From contig NC_057749.1 of the NCBI RefSeq assembly GCF_004010195.1, forward strand, positions 6,501,327 through 6,559,033: 57,707 nucleotides of DNA, read 5' to 3'. Shown piece after piece: positions 25,024 through 37,826 of the stretch. Made by a program: the position numbers and the translations under genes. The first letter of the stretch is position 1; each line of letters begins with the position of its first letter. This DNA comes from Chiloscyllium plagiosum (taxonomy: Eukaryota). The notes beneath the pieces are model-generated. The model searched no databases and was not told the DNA's origin. It saw only the letters and a program-made list of their open reading frames with translations.

Positions 25024-25833
25024 GTACTTGTTTTCAGTGCAAATTCTGAATATTTACTTCATGCTAATCAGTTTAAACACGGTGCGCCTGAGTGTTCGGT
25101 AATGCTGCGTGTCCATAAGGTCCCAATGATGGATAAATCCCAAGTTGTAAGTTTGATTTGAGGTGTATTAAACACAAGAAGAATGAGAATAGTTAACTCC
25201 AGGTGTAGCTTGATGAGGGAAGTTGGTGCAGCATTGAATAAAAGTATTGATCAAAAGGCATGCATGCAAGAACCATTTGCTAGGTGGAGGATATATATAG
25301 CCCACTGACCTACGATTCTCTGCAGGTATGCAATAGTAGGTCAGCTGAGGACAGAGAACTAATGCCTGAGGAGCAACATTGTGAATGAAGCTTGTCACTG
25401 ATTCCGTGTAAATCTCCAATCGTTTTGAACTGGCAAGGAAGCATATCACTGGCACTAGCTTTTCCTGCCGCATGGCACTTTCAGACAGAAGCAGTTCCTC
25501 TCTGACGAGGAGCTGACAGAAGTTCTCTGCACTTTAAATTATCCATATCAGCACCAAGTCTGACCTTGTCTTCCGTACTCACCTGTTGAATTGTTTCCTT
25601 GTCTGTGGTGTCCAATTGGCCTTTTTGTTTAATTATCGATGTGCTTTCTGCTCTTGCTTAAGTGAGGGATCAAAAGGTAAGGGGAGAAAATGGGAACAGG
25701 AGACTGAGTTGAGTGATCAGCTTTGATCATATTGAATGGTGGAGCAGACTCGAAGGGCTGAATGGCCTACTCCACCCATTTTCTATGATTCCACGCTTTG
25801 TGGCAGGGAGGGAGTTGGATTTCTAGAGATTCT

Positions 25834-26135
25834 GGGACGGCACGGTGGCTCAGTGGTTAGCACTGCTGCCTCACAGGGTCCCAGGTTTGATTCCTACCTC
25901 GGGCGACTGTCTGTGTGGAGTTTGCACATTCTCTGCCTGGGTTTCCTCCGGGTGCTCCGGTTTCCTCTCACAGTGCAAAGATGTGCAGATCAGGTGAATT
26001 GGCCATGCTAAATTGCCCATAGTGTTAGGTGTATTAGGAGGGGAATGGGTGTGGTGGGTTTACTCTTCGGAGGGTCAGTGTGGACTTGTTGGGCCAAAGG
26101 GCCTGTTTCCATACTGTAGTGAATCTAATCAGATT
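25834..26135 (+). mobile_element. HE1-type V-SINE flanked by CR1 tail fragments (~25660-25790, ~26135-26250)
   Basis: ggcacggtggctcagtggttagcactgctgcc head. Confidence 0.9.
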
Positions 26136-27297
26136 AAATATCTTGAGGGATAGCATGGGAAGGTGGTGTTGAAATGGATGATCAGCCAAGATCTGGTTCA
26201 ATGTAGGAGCAGACTGGATGGGCTGAATGGCCTCCTTCTACTCCCATATACCAATGGTTAGAACTGTGTAAAACATGGGGGAGGGCAATTCATTGACCTT
26301 TCCCTGAGAATTCAGCCACTCATTTCAACATCTTTGCCAAGAATCACAAGCAGAGGGGTTGCAAATTGCTAAATGAGGTGCTAAATTTGACGTTACATTT
26401 ATCCCGAGTTATCCACGATCTGGGCAGTAGGGGGTAACATAGCTATTTACACATTGAGACTTGTTGGTCTCCCTCCCATTCATCAACATGTACCCCTCAA
26501 CTGCTACTGGCAATAGGCCACTGTGTCACCAGTTAGTTGGGCAAGTTTGTGGTATTCTACAATGGATTTCACTGGTGGAATGGAAGTGTAGATCAGCCAG
26601 GGCAAGTGTGACTCCAAGTCTAGGGGAATCTCAATGTCCAGTTCTTCCGATGAACTCTGCACTTTGGATTCACAATTTGCTTTCAAATGTAAACACTGGT
26701 GTGTTTTCCCTTCCTGATTAAGTTTTCATGAACTCGGGTTGGTTTGGCAATCAGACAATTGCCGATCCACTTCCTGCACAGCAGCAGAATGACAGAATTG
26801 TTGAATTTCTTCCATTCTGTTGGGGCAGTGCTTTGCCGTCAGTGAGAAATGCCAGTGCGATGGATATCTTGATAAAACCGAAGGAATAGTGCTGATGGTA
26901 AAGGATCAAGAATGAGAGGACACGGATTTAGAATGATTTGCAAATGTGTCGAGAGAAAAAAACCTTTTCACATGACAAGATGTTTGGGTGTGGAATGCCT
27001 TGCCTTGAGGTGACTCTTGCCATTAATTGACCACTGAGTTAATTGAGTGACTGTGTCTGACCCATCACAGGTTTCTGACCCCTATTTCAGCCTAATGGCA
27101 GTGTTCAGAAGCTTTGCAACGTTTACCCAAAGATATTCATATTGTAAAATTAATAAAACTGCACGTTACAATGGGAGTTCTTGTGACATTGTTCAAAAGA
27201 CCCTAAACCTGGGCCTGTGGCTTCAGGTTCAAATCCCTTGTCAGGTTTTGGTGGCCATAGTGCATCCAAATCAGTTGATTGTCAACCTGTATTTTGT

Positions 27298-27375
27298 TGA
27301 AAAATGTGTTGCTGGAAAAACACAGCAGGCCAGGCAGCATCCGAGGAGCAGGAGAATCGACGTTTCGGGCATAAG
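27298..27375 (-). mobile_element. Family-D element, 5'-truncated, with intact GCCC-GAAA-CGTC half of the hammerhead
   Basis: Reverse complement reads cttatgcccgaaacgtcgattctcctgctcctcgg. Confidence 0.8.
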
Positions 27376-27397
27376 GGCAAACAGCAAGAGCAGCAGA

Positions 27398-27420
27398 GTT
27401 TCCTAGGAAACCATGGCAAC
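27398..27420. promoter_or_regulatory. RFX X-box-like palindrome with overlapping half site
   Basis: GTTTCCTAGGAAAC (14-bp perfect palindrome) followed by CCATGGCAAC. Confidence 0.4.
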
Positions 27421-27761
27421 ATTTTGCCCATACGTGTGGACTCATCCGATGCAAGTCCCACGGCCCAACTCTTGGAAACGCGGGCAGGGGAAAAGACAGA
27501 CCGACGTTACAAAATGGTTCAAAGTTTAGTTTACATAAAGTGCACTACAGGTCTGCTTCTTTTAATGCAGCACACGTGGCATTTTGAGATGCTTATAATT
27601 GCAGATTATAGTTACAATATCCATTTCACGTCAAAGATACAGCCTGCTCTCGGGGATGGGTCCGAGTGGGATGCTAATCAGAGGGTCAGTGTGAACTCGA
27701 TAGCCTGAATGGCCTGCTTCCATACTGTAGAGATTCTGTTATTCTTAAAAAAGATTTTTTG

Positions 27762-28200
27762 GAATGGCACAGTGACTCGGTTAGCATTGCTGCCTCACAG
27801 CACCAGGGACCTGTGTTCGATTCCAGCCTCGGGTGACTGTCTGTATGGAGTTTGCACATTCTCCCAATGGTAAAAACAGGGTAAAAACAATGATTGCGGA
27901 TGCTGGAAACCAGCCTGAAACGTCGATTTTACTGCTCCTCGGATGCTGCCTGAACTGCTGTGCTTTTCCAGCACCACTCTAATCTAGCCCCACGTTCTCC
28001 CAATGTCTGCGTGGGTTTCCTCCAGGTGCTCTGATATCCTCCCACAGTCCAAAGATGTACAGGATAGCTGGATTGGCCATGGGAAATGCAGGGTTACAGG
28101 GATAGAATATGGTGCTGTGTATGGTTGGGACACCCTTCAGAGAGTTGGTGTGGACTTGATGGGCCAAATGGCCTTCTTCCGCACGATAGACATCCTGTGA
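27762..28200 (+). mobile_element. HE1 SINE interrupted by a family-D element (27870-27990)
   Basis: 15-bp TSD cac(a/g)ttctcccaatg at 27855-27869 and 27991-28005. Confidence 0.88.
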
Positions 28201-28519
28201 TTTCTGACCGGTTAGTCTTAGTGTGTGTTCCAGTAACTCAGTAAGTAGACACAAGGTCTGAAATAGTAGGTAAATTTTACCTTTGAACCTAGGAGTGGTG
28301 AGATTTAAGACAGGACAACATGGTACATTTGGTACTTCCTTTTCTACTCACTCTCCAGACACAACATGTACAATATGTCATTTGCACAGCCTTCATCTTT
28401 CTACCCTATTTGGTGCATTCTTGCTAACATTTATTCGTGGGTACTTGTTTGCAAATATCTTTTAAACCCAGAATCTCCTTGTATTGTAAATAATTCATTG
28501 ATTTGCAGATTGCACATGT

Positions 28520-28870
28520 TAGGAGGAGGCAGTGGTAATGTCACTGGATGAGTAATGCAGAACCCGAGACTAATGTTCTGGGGATACCAGTTTGAATCTC
28601 ACCACGGCAGATGGTGAAATGTAAATCCCATAAATACCTGTCATAGAGAGCTAGCGTAATGGTGACCAGGTAAACACGATCAATGTCAAAAACCATCTAG
28701 TTCACTAATGACCTCCATGGAATGAAATCTGCCATCCTACTTGGTCTGGCTGACATGTGACTCCAGATCCAAAGCAATGTGGTTGATTCTTAGCTGCCTG
28801 TCTTGGCAAATAGGTGTGTGTAATTAATGCTGACCTAGGCAGCGATGCCCAATCTCATGAACAAATGGAA
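28520..28870 (+). mobile_element. tRNA-derived SINE, family B
   Basis: Head ggaggcagtggtaatgtcactgga; core gtgactccagatcc...gttgattcttagctgcc. Confidence 0.8.
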
Positions 28871-29631
28871 TAAAACAACTTTCCTGATCTTTTTGCCTTC
28901 CGTTTTAAGTTGTGCAAGTTCTTAAGGGTTCCCCAAGAGGCCTTTCAAGACAAACATTTCTATTCTTCGAAGTTATGATGTTGTATTGTGTTTTGAGTGG
29001 ATTTGATATGGTGAGTCAACCACTCCTGGTAAAAATAATGTCATTGAATCACTATGTGATGATACCAATCTGTGCTTGCACAACTTTAATGCTCAAGCTA
29101 ACTTTGTACTGAGCTATTTTTAAACCGTTTAGTTTGAATCTCAGATTCCTCCAAACATTGTGAGGCTTTAGTAGTTTATTCTCTGATTTCATATGTGTGA
29201 AAATGTCACTGTTTTCAGTTTGTGCTATGGTATGACACTTTTTATCATTCTCGAACCAGTTTGAATTGGCGCTTGGGAATGCTGTGAGATTGTTCTTCAT
29301 GATAGACTAAATACACACTTTTTACCCTCCTTACCGATCAAGATAAACCCAGTGTCCAAACCCGTATCCAGAATCACTGCTACCCCAACCCATTTCACTT
29401 CATTCACTTCAAATATTTCACATCCACCTGAGAGGAGGCATGATCCTTCTCTATCTTTTTAAGGATTGTTTGTTGCTTGAAGTGAGTACCACGTGTGTAC
29501 AGTTACAGGCAGTATGCAGCTGAGCTCTTTCTTGTTGATACTTCACTCATGGGAGATGGGAGTCACTGGCTGGGGGAGCATTTTATTACATGCTCTGAGT
29601 TGCCCTTAGGAAGGTGGTGGTGAACTGTCTT

Positions 29632-29980
29632 AGAGTTCCTACAGTGGAAGCAGGCCATTCAGCCCACTGAGTCCACACCGACCCTCCAAAGAGGATCCCA
29701 CCTAGATCCACCCCACCACCAGTCTATCCCTGTAACCCTTCATTTCCTGTGCATAATCCACCTTGCCTGCACATCCTTGGACACTATGGGCAATTTCCCA
29801 TGGCCAATCCTCCTAACCTGCACATCTTTGGACTGTGGGAGGAGACTGGAGCACCTGGAGGAAACTCACACAGATGCGGGGAGAATGGTTGTGTAGAATG
29901 AGCACAGTCTCCCAAGGTGGAATCGAACCAAAGTGCTCGGTGCTGTGAGGCAGCAATGCTAACTGCTGAGCCACCGTGCT
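29632..29980 (-). mobile_element. HE1-type V-SINE, preceded by a second-family LINE tail (~29545-29630)
   Basis: V-domain and head on the - strand. Confidence 0.88.
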
Positions 29981-30049
29981 GTCTTCTCATACCGATGCAG
30001 ACAATGTGCTGTAGGCCCGAAATTCTGCTCTTTTCCTTTTACTCTTCCA

Positions 30050-30360
30050 TGAGATCTGGACATTGCTGGTAAGGTCAGCCTTTGGTTTAGTCTCTAATTG
30101 CCCTTGAACTTGAATGATTTGTTGGATTATTTCCAGAGGGAAGTTAAGAGTCATGCACTTTGCTGTGGGTCTGGAGTCACAAATAGACTAGACCAGTTAA
30201 ACACAGAAAATTTCCTTCCTGAAAACACATTAGTGAATCAGATTACTTTTTTTTATGACAATTGATGATAGTTTCATGGATGGTGACCATGGGACTAGTT
30301 TTCACTTTCAGGTTTTATGGATTGGGTTGAAATTCCAGCCATTGGCTGCTGTAGTGGGAA
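30050..30360 (-). mobile_element. tRNA-derived SINE, family B
   Basis: gttaagagtca...gtgggtctggagtcac core. Confidence 0.75.
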
Positions 30361-31879
30361 GCACTGCTGCCAAATGTTACCATTTTTGCAATTTTTTTTC
30401 ATATTTCAAAAGCATTAACAGCATATATAGTGCCTTTCACATAATAGAACTTTTCAAGGTGTTTCATAGAAACATTATAAAACAAAATATGACATTGAGC
30501 TACATGACGTATTAGGCCAAACCTAGTCAAAGAGGTAGGTTTAAGAATTGTCCTAAAGGATTCAGTATAATGAGAACAGATATGTCAGTGAGATGGTGAT
30601 GTATATAATGATAAGAGTCATATCAGCCGTCATGTGTAAGAGACTGTGAAAGAAGAAAGGCTGGAATAGTCTCTACTATTGAGCTATGTACTGACAGAGA
30701 ACAAACAATTTGCAGAAACTGAATAGAGTCAGACAGCAGCCACTGATAGGTTAGGCAGATCAAAGGTGTGGCCATGGGTACCTGCATGCACCCCAGTTAT
30801 GCCTGTCTGTGTGCGGCATATGGAATATTCTTTGTTGTAATCCTCCTCAGATTCCTTCTCTCAAATATTTTCTTTGGTAATTCACTGACAGCATTGGTGC
30901 TATTCCCTCTCTTAGCAGGACTTAAGCCCAGGTCCCCAGGCCAATACCCAGGTCTCTGGATTAATATTCTGACGATAATACCACACAGCCACCGAGAACA
31001 TTGAACAGTCAGTGATTTAATACAACGCTGTATACAACTTCAGAAATTATGCAATATCACATGATCCTGCTGCTCCCCCCACCCCCAACCAACTACCACA
31101 TCCCTTAATGGCACGTTGAAACCACGGTAAGATGTTTCTTAAATGAAATTAATGTTCCTTACTTTGGCAATCTCTGTAAATATTTCTTAGCAACACAATC
31201 AGATCAAGAGTGTTATACATCACGCATATTGTCATCTTGTTTCAGAGCAACAGAAATTAAGTTAAAGTTCCCTGTAGGCATGGGGAAAAGGACTAAAATT
31301 AATTGTGCAAAAGATGGGAAGGATAAAAGTAAGATGGAACACTTCATTTCCATCAATATCGGACACCACATTTTACAATGGCTTCAAGATTGGTTCAGTT
31401 AATTAACAGAGAGGCTATAGCATTTGGAATGAGGGGCTGTGGAGATTAAAGTTTACAGAAAAGCAATTGAAAAGATTTACAATTTGGAGTCTGACAAAAA
31501 AAATTGAGTAATTTTAAAGGATAGACAATGTTTGAAAATGCTTAATCTAAATGATGGATTTAATGGGAAGATTTATAAGGATTAGAGATACAGGATTCAT
31601 TTGGAAAATTGTGGAGGAGGTCATGCATTGTCTTTTAAGTTGGAAAAGGCATCTATTTTGCTCATGAAGAAGCTGGTAGCCTCCTAGGCTGGGGAAGGTA
31701 AAACATTTTGATCACAGAAAAGAGAGCAAACAGTACAGAGATACTGTATTGTTATTTAATAGTTGAAACATCATTAGAAAATAACTGTTGAGGGACTGCC
31801 TCAACAATAACTTTCTAGTGTTGAGAATAATAACTACATTCAGACAACACCGGTAGGAGCAAATATGCTACCTCAAAAA

Positions 31880-34105
31880 CCCAGTGTCAGGGATGGGCCA
31901 AAGAGAACACAAGGTTGGATACCTTAGAAAAACCAATTCTTAAGATATAGACTTGCTTCAAAATTACATATTAAATCTCAAGATGAACAAGTAAATACAT
32001 TAATGCATTGAAGAATAGCCACGAATAACGATAGTATAAATCATTAAAATGTGATAAAAAGGTGTAGACACTTTAGAAGAAGCTTGAACAGTTTTTGATT
32101 AGTACTCTATTCTCACAACAAACAATAATCTGGAAATGGCAAGGTTTACCAGAAGGATTGAGAATCCAGGGGCATCCATAAATTACGTCAGTACAGATGA
32201 GTGGAAAACCAGCAGCGGAGCTTTTGAAATTGGATTCCAACAATTCATATTGTTGGAATTATCGGTGAGTCTTTGTCAGATCTATTACAGCCTAAAGAAC
32301 AGTTGTCATTGGATAAAGCAGTTTGCATTGTGCTGGAAGCAGAAACCAGGAAGATTCACAGACAAACCCTGAGAAGAGGAGAAAGGATTTACCACAGAGG
32401 AGCAATAGATCTCTCCAATTTAAAGGCTACAAATGCTCTCAAGACTCATGCAATAAACAAACAAAAAGAAGTGGCTAAATGGCTGATGCTTAGAATCAGT
32501 GGTAACACTGTGGAACCAAAAAGCCTCATAGGCATAAAATGTGCTTAACTATGGCAAAAGGTTGCTGCATCTATCAAACTTCAGGTCACTACCAGAAGGA
32601 CATTGTGTCAGAGCAGGCAAATAGCTAAATACTTACTTAAACAAAGATGCAAATGTGATACAACTATCTCCATTTGAAAGATACCTGAGGAATTCCTGTG
32701 GAAAATTGGAAAATTTGACAGAACGTGTTTGTGACAATGGAAGTCTTGTTAACCTTAAGCTTAATTAGGGTCAAGTGTTTTCAAATACAGTGGCTGAAGA
32801 AACAGAAGTTTCAGTATGCAGAGATGAAAGTACATGATCTGGGTAGAGCAATCATCAAGATTGAAGATCTACTATATGTAACTCTGTAACAGTAACAGCA
32901 GAAAACAATTGAAAGTATATATGAAATTCACAATCAACTCATAATTTTGTGTCTGCATATATTGCTTAACCTCAATATTTATGCAGCAGCAGAAAGTCTT
33001 CAATTAGTTCCAAGAGAATAACTGTCTGGGATCCAACCATGTTGGCCAATTGGTCAAAGGGCAACAAGTAGAATTTATCTTAGGGATTCATGGTAGACAT
33101 AAAAAGAAAGAGATTCTATATATCTTATCTACAGTGGCATAAGAGCAATATTTCATACTGTCAACAGAAAGGAAGCCAGTGTGTTTACAGGACTTGTGGA
33201 AATGTTTTCTGTTCCTATCTCTGAAAAAAAAAATTGGAAGGCCAAAATCAGCAAAGTTTGCTAGAAGAAGATAATATTGAGATCAAGCATGAGTAGTATA
33301 ACCCACTTGAGCTCATTGAGGTGTCTTCATATCTGAAATGTTCAGATACCACAGGAGACTAATGAACAAATTGGCAGAGCAGCTTTGATCTTCTTGCCAG
33401 ATGACCTGCCAAACAGAAACTCAAGAGGAACATTTCAGACCTTTATCTCTGAAAGAAAACTTAGTATTAACTCCAGTCACTGCCACTGATATGTAAGCAC
33501 CCATCTCTAAAAATTGCATTTGAGGATATGAAAATGCCCAGCTCACAAAGAAAGCAAATCCAGAAGGTGAATGAAGAGGTTCAACTGACTCAACAAATTA
33601 AAATAGCTTCCAGACTATTGATTGTAAAGATTTGCTTGAACGAAATAAAAATGAGCTACATAGGGCTCCATGGAAGTCAATCCAACGTTGATAGATTCAG
33701 GACACAATCAAACTAAAGAAAGTGCTTGGTCTGAAAATTCACAATACAGCAAAGAAGAAAGTATTTGTTTCAATTGGCTTCTGCAATGGCCATTCATGAG
33801 GTTAAATGTCTCCCCATGTGATGGAAAGGGGTAATTACTTGAATTAGCAGGGAAGAGTTCCACTGTGAAGGCAAGTCAGGAAAGATCCTCTAGCATAGAT
33901 AATGGACCAGTTATTGGGTTTAGGAGGAAATGTATTCATGGCAAAGAACATCCAAGAGATAAAAGATTCTCCATCAGAGAAATGATCTGTAGAAGATCAG
34001 AATCAAGGTCATCAGTTCTCAAACCAAACAACAACCAATTGTCCAAGTCTGAAGAGGACATATTCTGGAACAATTGTGAAGCCTCCAGATTGCCTGAATT
34101 TGTGA
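31880..34105 (+). pseudogene. Decayed Gypsy-type LTR retrotransposon gag-pol
   Basis: WIP*KNQFLRYRLASKLHIKSQDEQVNTLM from 31916; MARFTRRIENPG; LSDLLQPKEQLSLDKA; Cys/His knuckle remnants at ~32500-32610; integrase-like DNGP at ~33898; terminal YSGTIVKPPDCLNL*. Confidence 0.7.
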
Positions 34106-34866
34106 AGTTAGAAATCTATGATGCCAACAGCGTGGGTTCAATTCCCACACCTGCTGAAAGTACCATGAAGGACTCACCTCCTCAACCTCTGCCCTCGCCT
34201 CAGGCACGGTGACCCTCAGGTTAAACCACCACCAGTCATCACTTTCTCTAATGAGAGAGAGTAGACTTATGTTCCAATTACCTTTCTATCTTCTTACCTT
34301 GGAGACCTAAGGGGATAGTGGTGCATTTAAATGTTGTGTTATACCCAAATGTGCAAATATAAACTGTGGAGGATAAAAAGAAGACTTGGTTAAGATATTG
34401 TATAATATAATAGTTCTGAGAAGGACAATGTTAAGAGTGCCATTAGCTCCACACACCCAATCATATTGTCTTGATGGGGTCTAAGGGGAAACTAGTTTGA
34501 GATCCTGATGGAGACAGATGTCCCATCATAGGCTAACCAGCCAATCAGGAGACAATCTATTTTTACCAGGCAGTAAATTACAACTTTGGGCAAGTTTCAT
34601 TTGTTCAGATTCGTTACTGCTTCATCCTGTACTGCTGTTAACCAAACACTTAATTAGACCGAGCATTGAAAAGAGGTTTTCCCACCAGAGGCTACCTAAA
34701 CCACTACTGTCCATTTCAAAGAGTAGAAAGGGAGTTTGGCTGATTCAACCCAAACTAGAAGCTGTCAGAGCTTGGTTAGACAAACCTTAAATTAATATTT
34801 CTGGCTTGCTTGGAGAGAATGATTAAGAAAGGTTTTAACAAATTTGCCCATCAGTACATTTAGCAA

Positions 34867-35320
34867 AGAGTCATAGAGTCATACAGCACTGAAACAGACC
34901 CTTCAGTCCAACTAGTCCATGCCAACCATAATTGCAAACTAAACTAATCCCACCTGCCTGCTCCTGACCCATATCCCTCCAAATCTTTTCTATTCATGTA
35001 CTTATCCAAGTGTCTTTTAAATGTAATTATACACTTACTCTGGAAGTTATTACTAACGAAAACCACCCTGTTTTTAAAACAAAAACTCCATAAATCCCTC
35101 ATTTCTTGTCTTAAAAATGTGCCCCCAGTCTTGAAACACCCCATCCTAGGAAAAAGACACCTATTATTAACACTATCTCTACCTGTCATGATTTTATACA
35201 CTTCTATCAGGTCACCTCTCAACCTCCTACACTCCAGTGAAAGAAAGTCCCAGCGTTTCTTTATAACTCAAGCCTTCCATAGCTGGCAACAACCTGGTGA
35301 ATCACTTCTGAACTTTTTGT
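34867..35320 (-). mobile_element. CR1 3' fragment
   Basis: MRGDLIEVYKIM...FKRHLDKYMNRK...GAGRWD. Confidence 0.9.
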
Positions 35321-36269
35321 AACATAAAGAAGGTGCTTTGCAGGAAGGTGTAAGGAAGATCAAACCAAGGAAAGAGAAATGAGCATGGCTGACTTGAGGT
35401 TTTGTTAATGATACCATCACATTTAATTACGTTAAGGGTGGTTCCTGACTATAACTATTCACGATAGCTTGTTTTCCTTGATGTATCCTTCACAGCTTCC
35501 TCTTTTTATGAAGCGATTACTCATAATTCTCCCTTTTGGGAAACTTTAAAGCGAAGCATGTGTTCGCAGATGGACTTGCAAAGGAGATCAACTCCAATGA
35601 TGCTTAACTGAACATACAAGCAATGACATTAATTACATTTCTATGTAGCGTTCAGTTGAAGAGAAAAGACATCCAGAGAGTAGCTGATAGTCTGTGGAAT
35701 GGTAACACGCTACACTGACACACAAGCTGCTTGTGTACTGCCATCTCTGCAATTAATTACAACAAGCTCTTTTAAATGATTAATGCTTTCTCCTTTATTA
35801 CTTTATGTATCACCAAGGGTGTATGCTATAAGGGGAAGGACTACCCTTTGACACCGAAAGAATGTGACGTATATAAACACTACACAAACGCTGAGAGGTG
35901 GTTTTAAATCGACGTTTTTGTTCTGTAAAGTCCTGCTTCCCTCTTGGACCAGCTATCTCTTTTTGAGTCAGAAATAATGTGGGCTACATAGGGTATGGGG
36001 AGAAAATGAGAACTGAGTTGGATGATCAGCTGTGATCACTGAAATCGAGGAGCAGACTGAAGGGGCTGAATGGCTTACCCCTGCTCCCATATTCTATGTC
36101 TCTATAGTTCTGTGTTACTGTTTAATTCCCTGCACAGTTTATGCCCATTTCATGCCTATCACAAGGAAGGATCTTATTGTGTTGCAGCACAAAGTGTGGG
36201 AAAAGGCAACTTTCACTTTTCTACTATCTTCGTCTGCACTAAAGCACCACCTTCAAACTCCATCACCTC

Positions 36270-36437
36270 CATCACCTGGAGGAAAAGACACCTACTATTA
36301 ATGCTATCTATACCTGTCATGATTTTATAAACCCCTATCAGGATGCTTCTCAACCTCCTACGCTCCAGTGAAAAAAAGTCCCAGCCTTTCTTTATAAGTC
36401 AAGCCTTCCATAGCTGGCAACATCCTGGTGAATCACT
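36270..36437 (-). mobile_element. CR1 fragment closely similar to 35149-35306
   Basis: Shared ggaaaagacaccta...cctggtgaatcact. Confidence 0.8.
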
Positions 36438-36488
36438 GCTTCCTCATCACCTGGAAGACTGAGGAAGGTGGATGCATGGTATAGTGAT

Positions 36489-36784
36489 TGTAATGTGGTC
36501 AGCCAGATGGACATCAAAGAATATAAGTTCCCTGACTGGGGCTGTTAACCTGGTCCAATCAGGGAGCGCTGGCTGGCAGATACAAACAGGAGTGTACTAC
36601 CGCAGTTAGGCGGTAGTGTGGGGGTTAATAAAAAAAAAAGAGAGAATAAAAAACAAACAGGAGTGTCAGAGGTTCAGTTCACTGAGAGCTGGCTCTGAGG
36701 AAGGTGGATCGGTCTCGAGGACACTCCGTGTGCAAATAATGGGTGACTTGGTGACTAGATACTGGCCTCTGTGGAGATATTTCA
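36489..36784 (+). mobile_element. Short solo LTR with a 57-bp internal retro-insertion
   Basis: tgtaat...tttca termini, CCAAT at ~36555, TATA-like position at ~36580, aaataa at ~36735. Confidence 0.6.
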
Positions 36785-36924
36785 CACAGCAATGCCATCA
36801 ATTTGTTCTTTAATTCACTCAGCCATGCTGCCTTCAATATATAACACAGTTCCTTCATTATTGCTAGGCAAATATCCTGGAAATTCCTATCATATTTTGC
36901 TTCTGTCGGTCCCATTTCCCCCCA

Positions 36925-37058
36925 ACATTCCTGATGAAGGGCTTATGCCTGAAACATATCCTCTTCCGCTCCTCAGATGCTGCCTGACCTAATGTTCTTT
37001 TCCAACACCACACATTTTGACTCTGACTCTCCAGCATCTGCAGTGCTCACTTTCCCTC
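36925..37058 (+). mobile_element. Family-D element with hammerhead motif
   Basis: CTGATGA-AGGGC-TTAT-GCCT-GAAA-CATA at 36931-36958. Confidence 0.8.
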
Positions 37059-37826
37059 TGCTTCTCCAAACAGGGTATTTCCAGACTTAAATGATGGACT
37101 GCTTCAGTATTAGTTGATAGATTTAGTATCCATATTGTGACTCTAGCAACTAGAGTTTGGTTTCAAGACAGCAGTGTCACAGTTAGACCATCCCTGGCCT
37201 TGGAAGAGGCTTTGAATGTATCACCAGGGAATGCACAGTAGTTCTGAGACTGAGTGGTAAGCATTGAGATATGATTCTGTTGTAATATGGCATGGATTCC
37301 AGACCAAAGAGACGTGTAAGATAATTATGACATCAATGTATTTGATATTCGAGTCTCACGATACAAACTGACCTCACCAACAGTCACTGTGTGTAATTTA
37401 ATCAGTGTGGTATCTATAGTTAGTCCATTGCATGTGTGTAATATTCTGTACTATCAGTAAACACAGATCCCAGACAATGTAAGTCTGTGGTAGCATGGTC
37501 ATGTTTAGTGTTATAAGCAAACTTCAAGATATCTGACTCTAAAGAACCTGACTATCTGTGGTATATGTTACATGGACTAACATTTATAAAACCACAAATG
37601 GCTTCAGATTCCATGGATATTAGTAGGTCCTATAAGGCTTTCTCCAATGTACATTCATCTATCCCCCCTCATGTCAATAAGTTTTTCCTCATTTTTTTAA
37701 CTTCCTGGAGAATACAATAACCCTTGAAAGGAATGTCCTGTGGAGGATGTTGCTAAGCAGAAGGTGATTGTCCTTAACTTTCGTTCTCAGATTTAAATAA
37801 ACAAAAAGTCACCAGAAGACATTTAC

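Noticed and set aside
25583..25650. Minus-strand exon ending cag|GTGAGT
   Set aside because: The pyrimidine tract comes from an adjacent CR1 tail, the peptide is unrecognised and no partner exon is supported
35863..35880. TGACGT plus TATATAAA promoter-like motif
   Set aside because: No convincing downstream exon; short motifs are expected by chance
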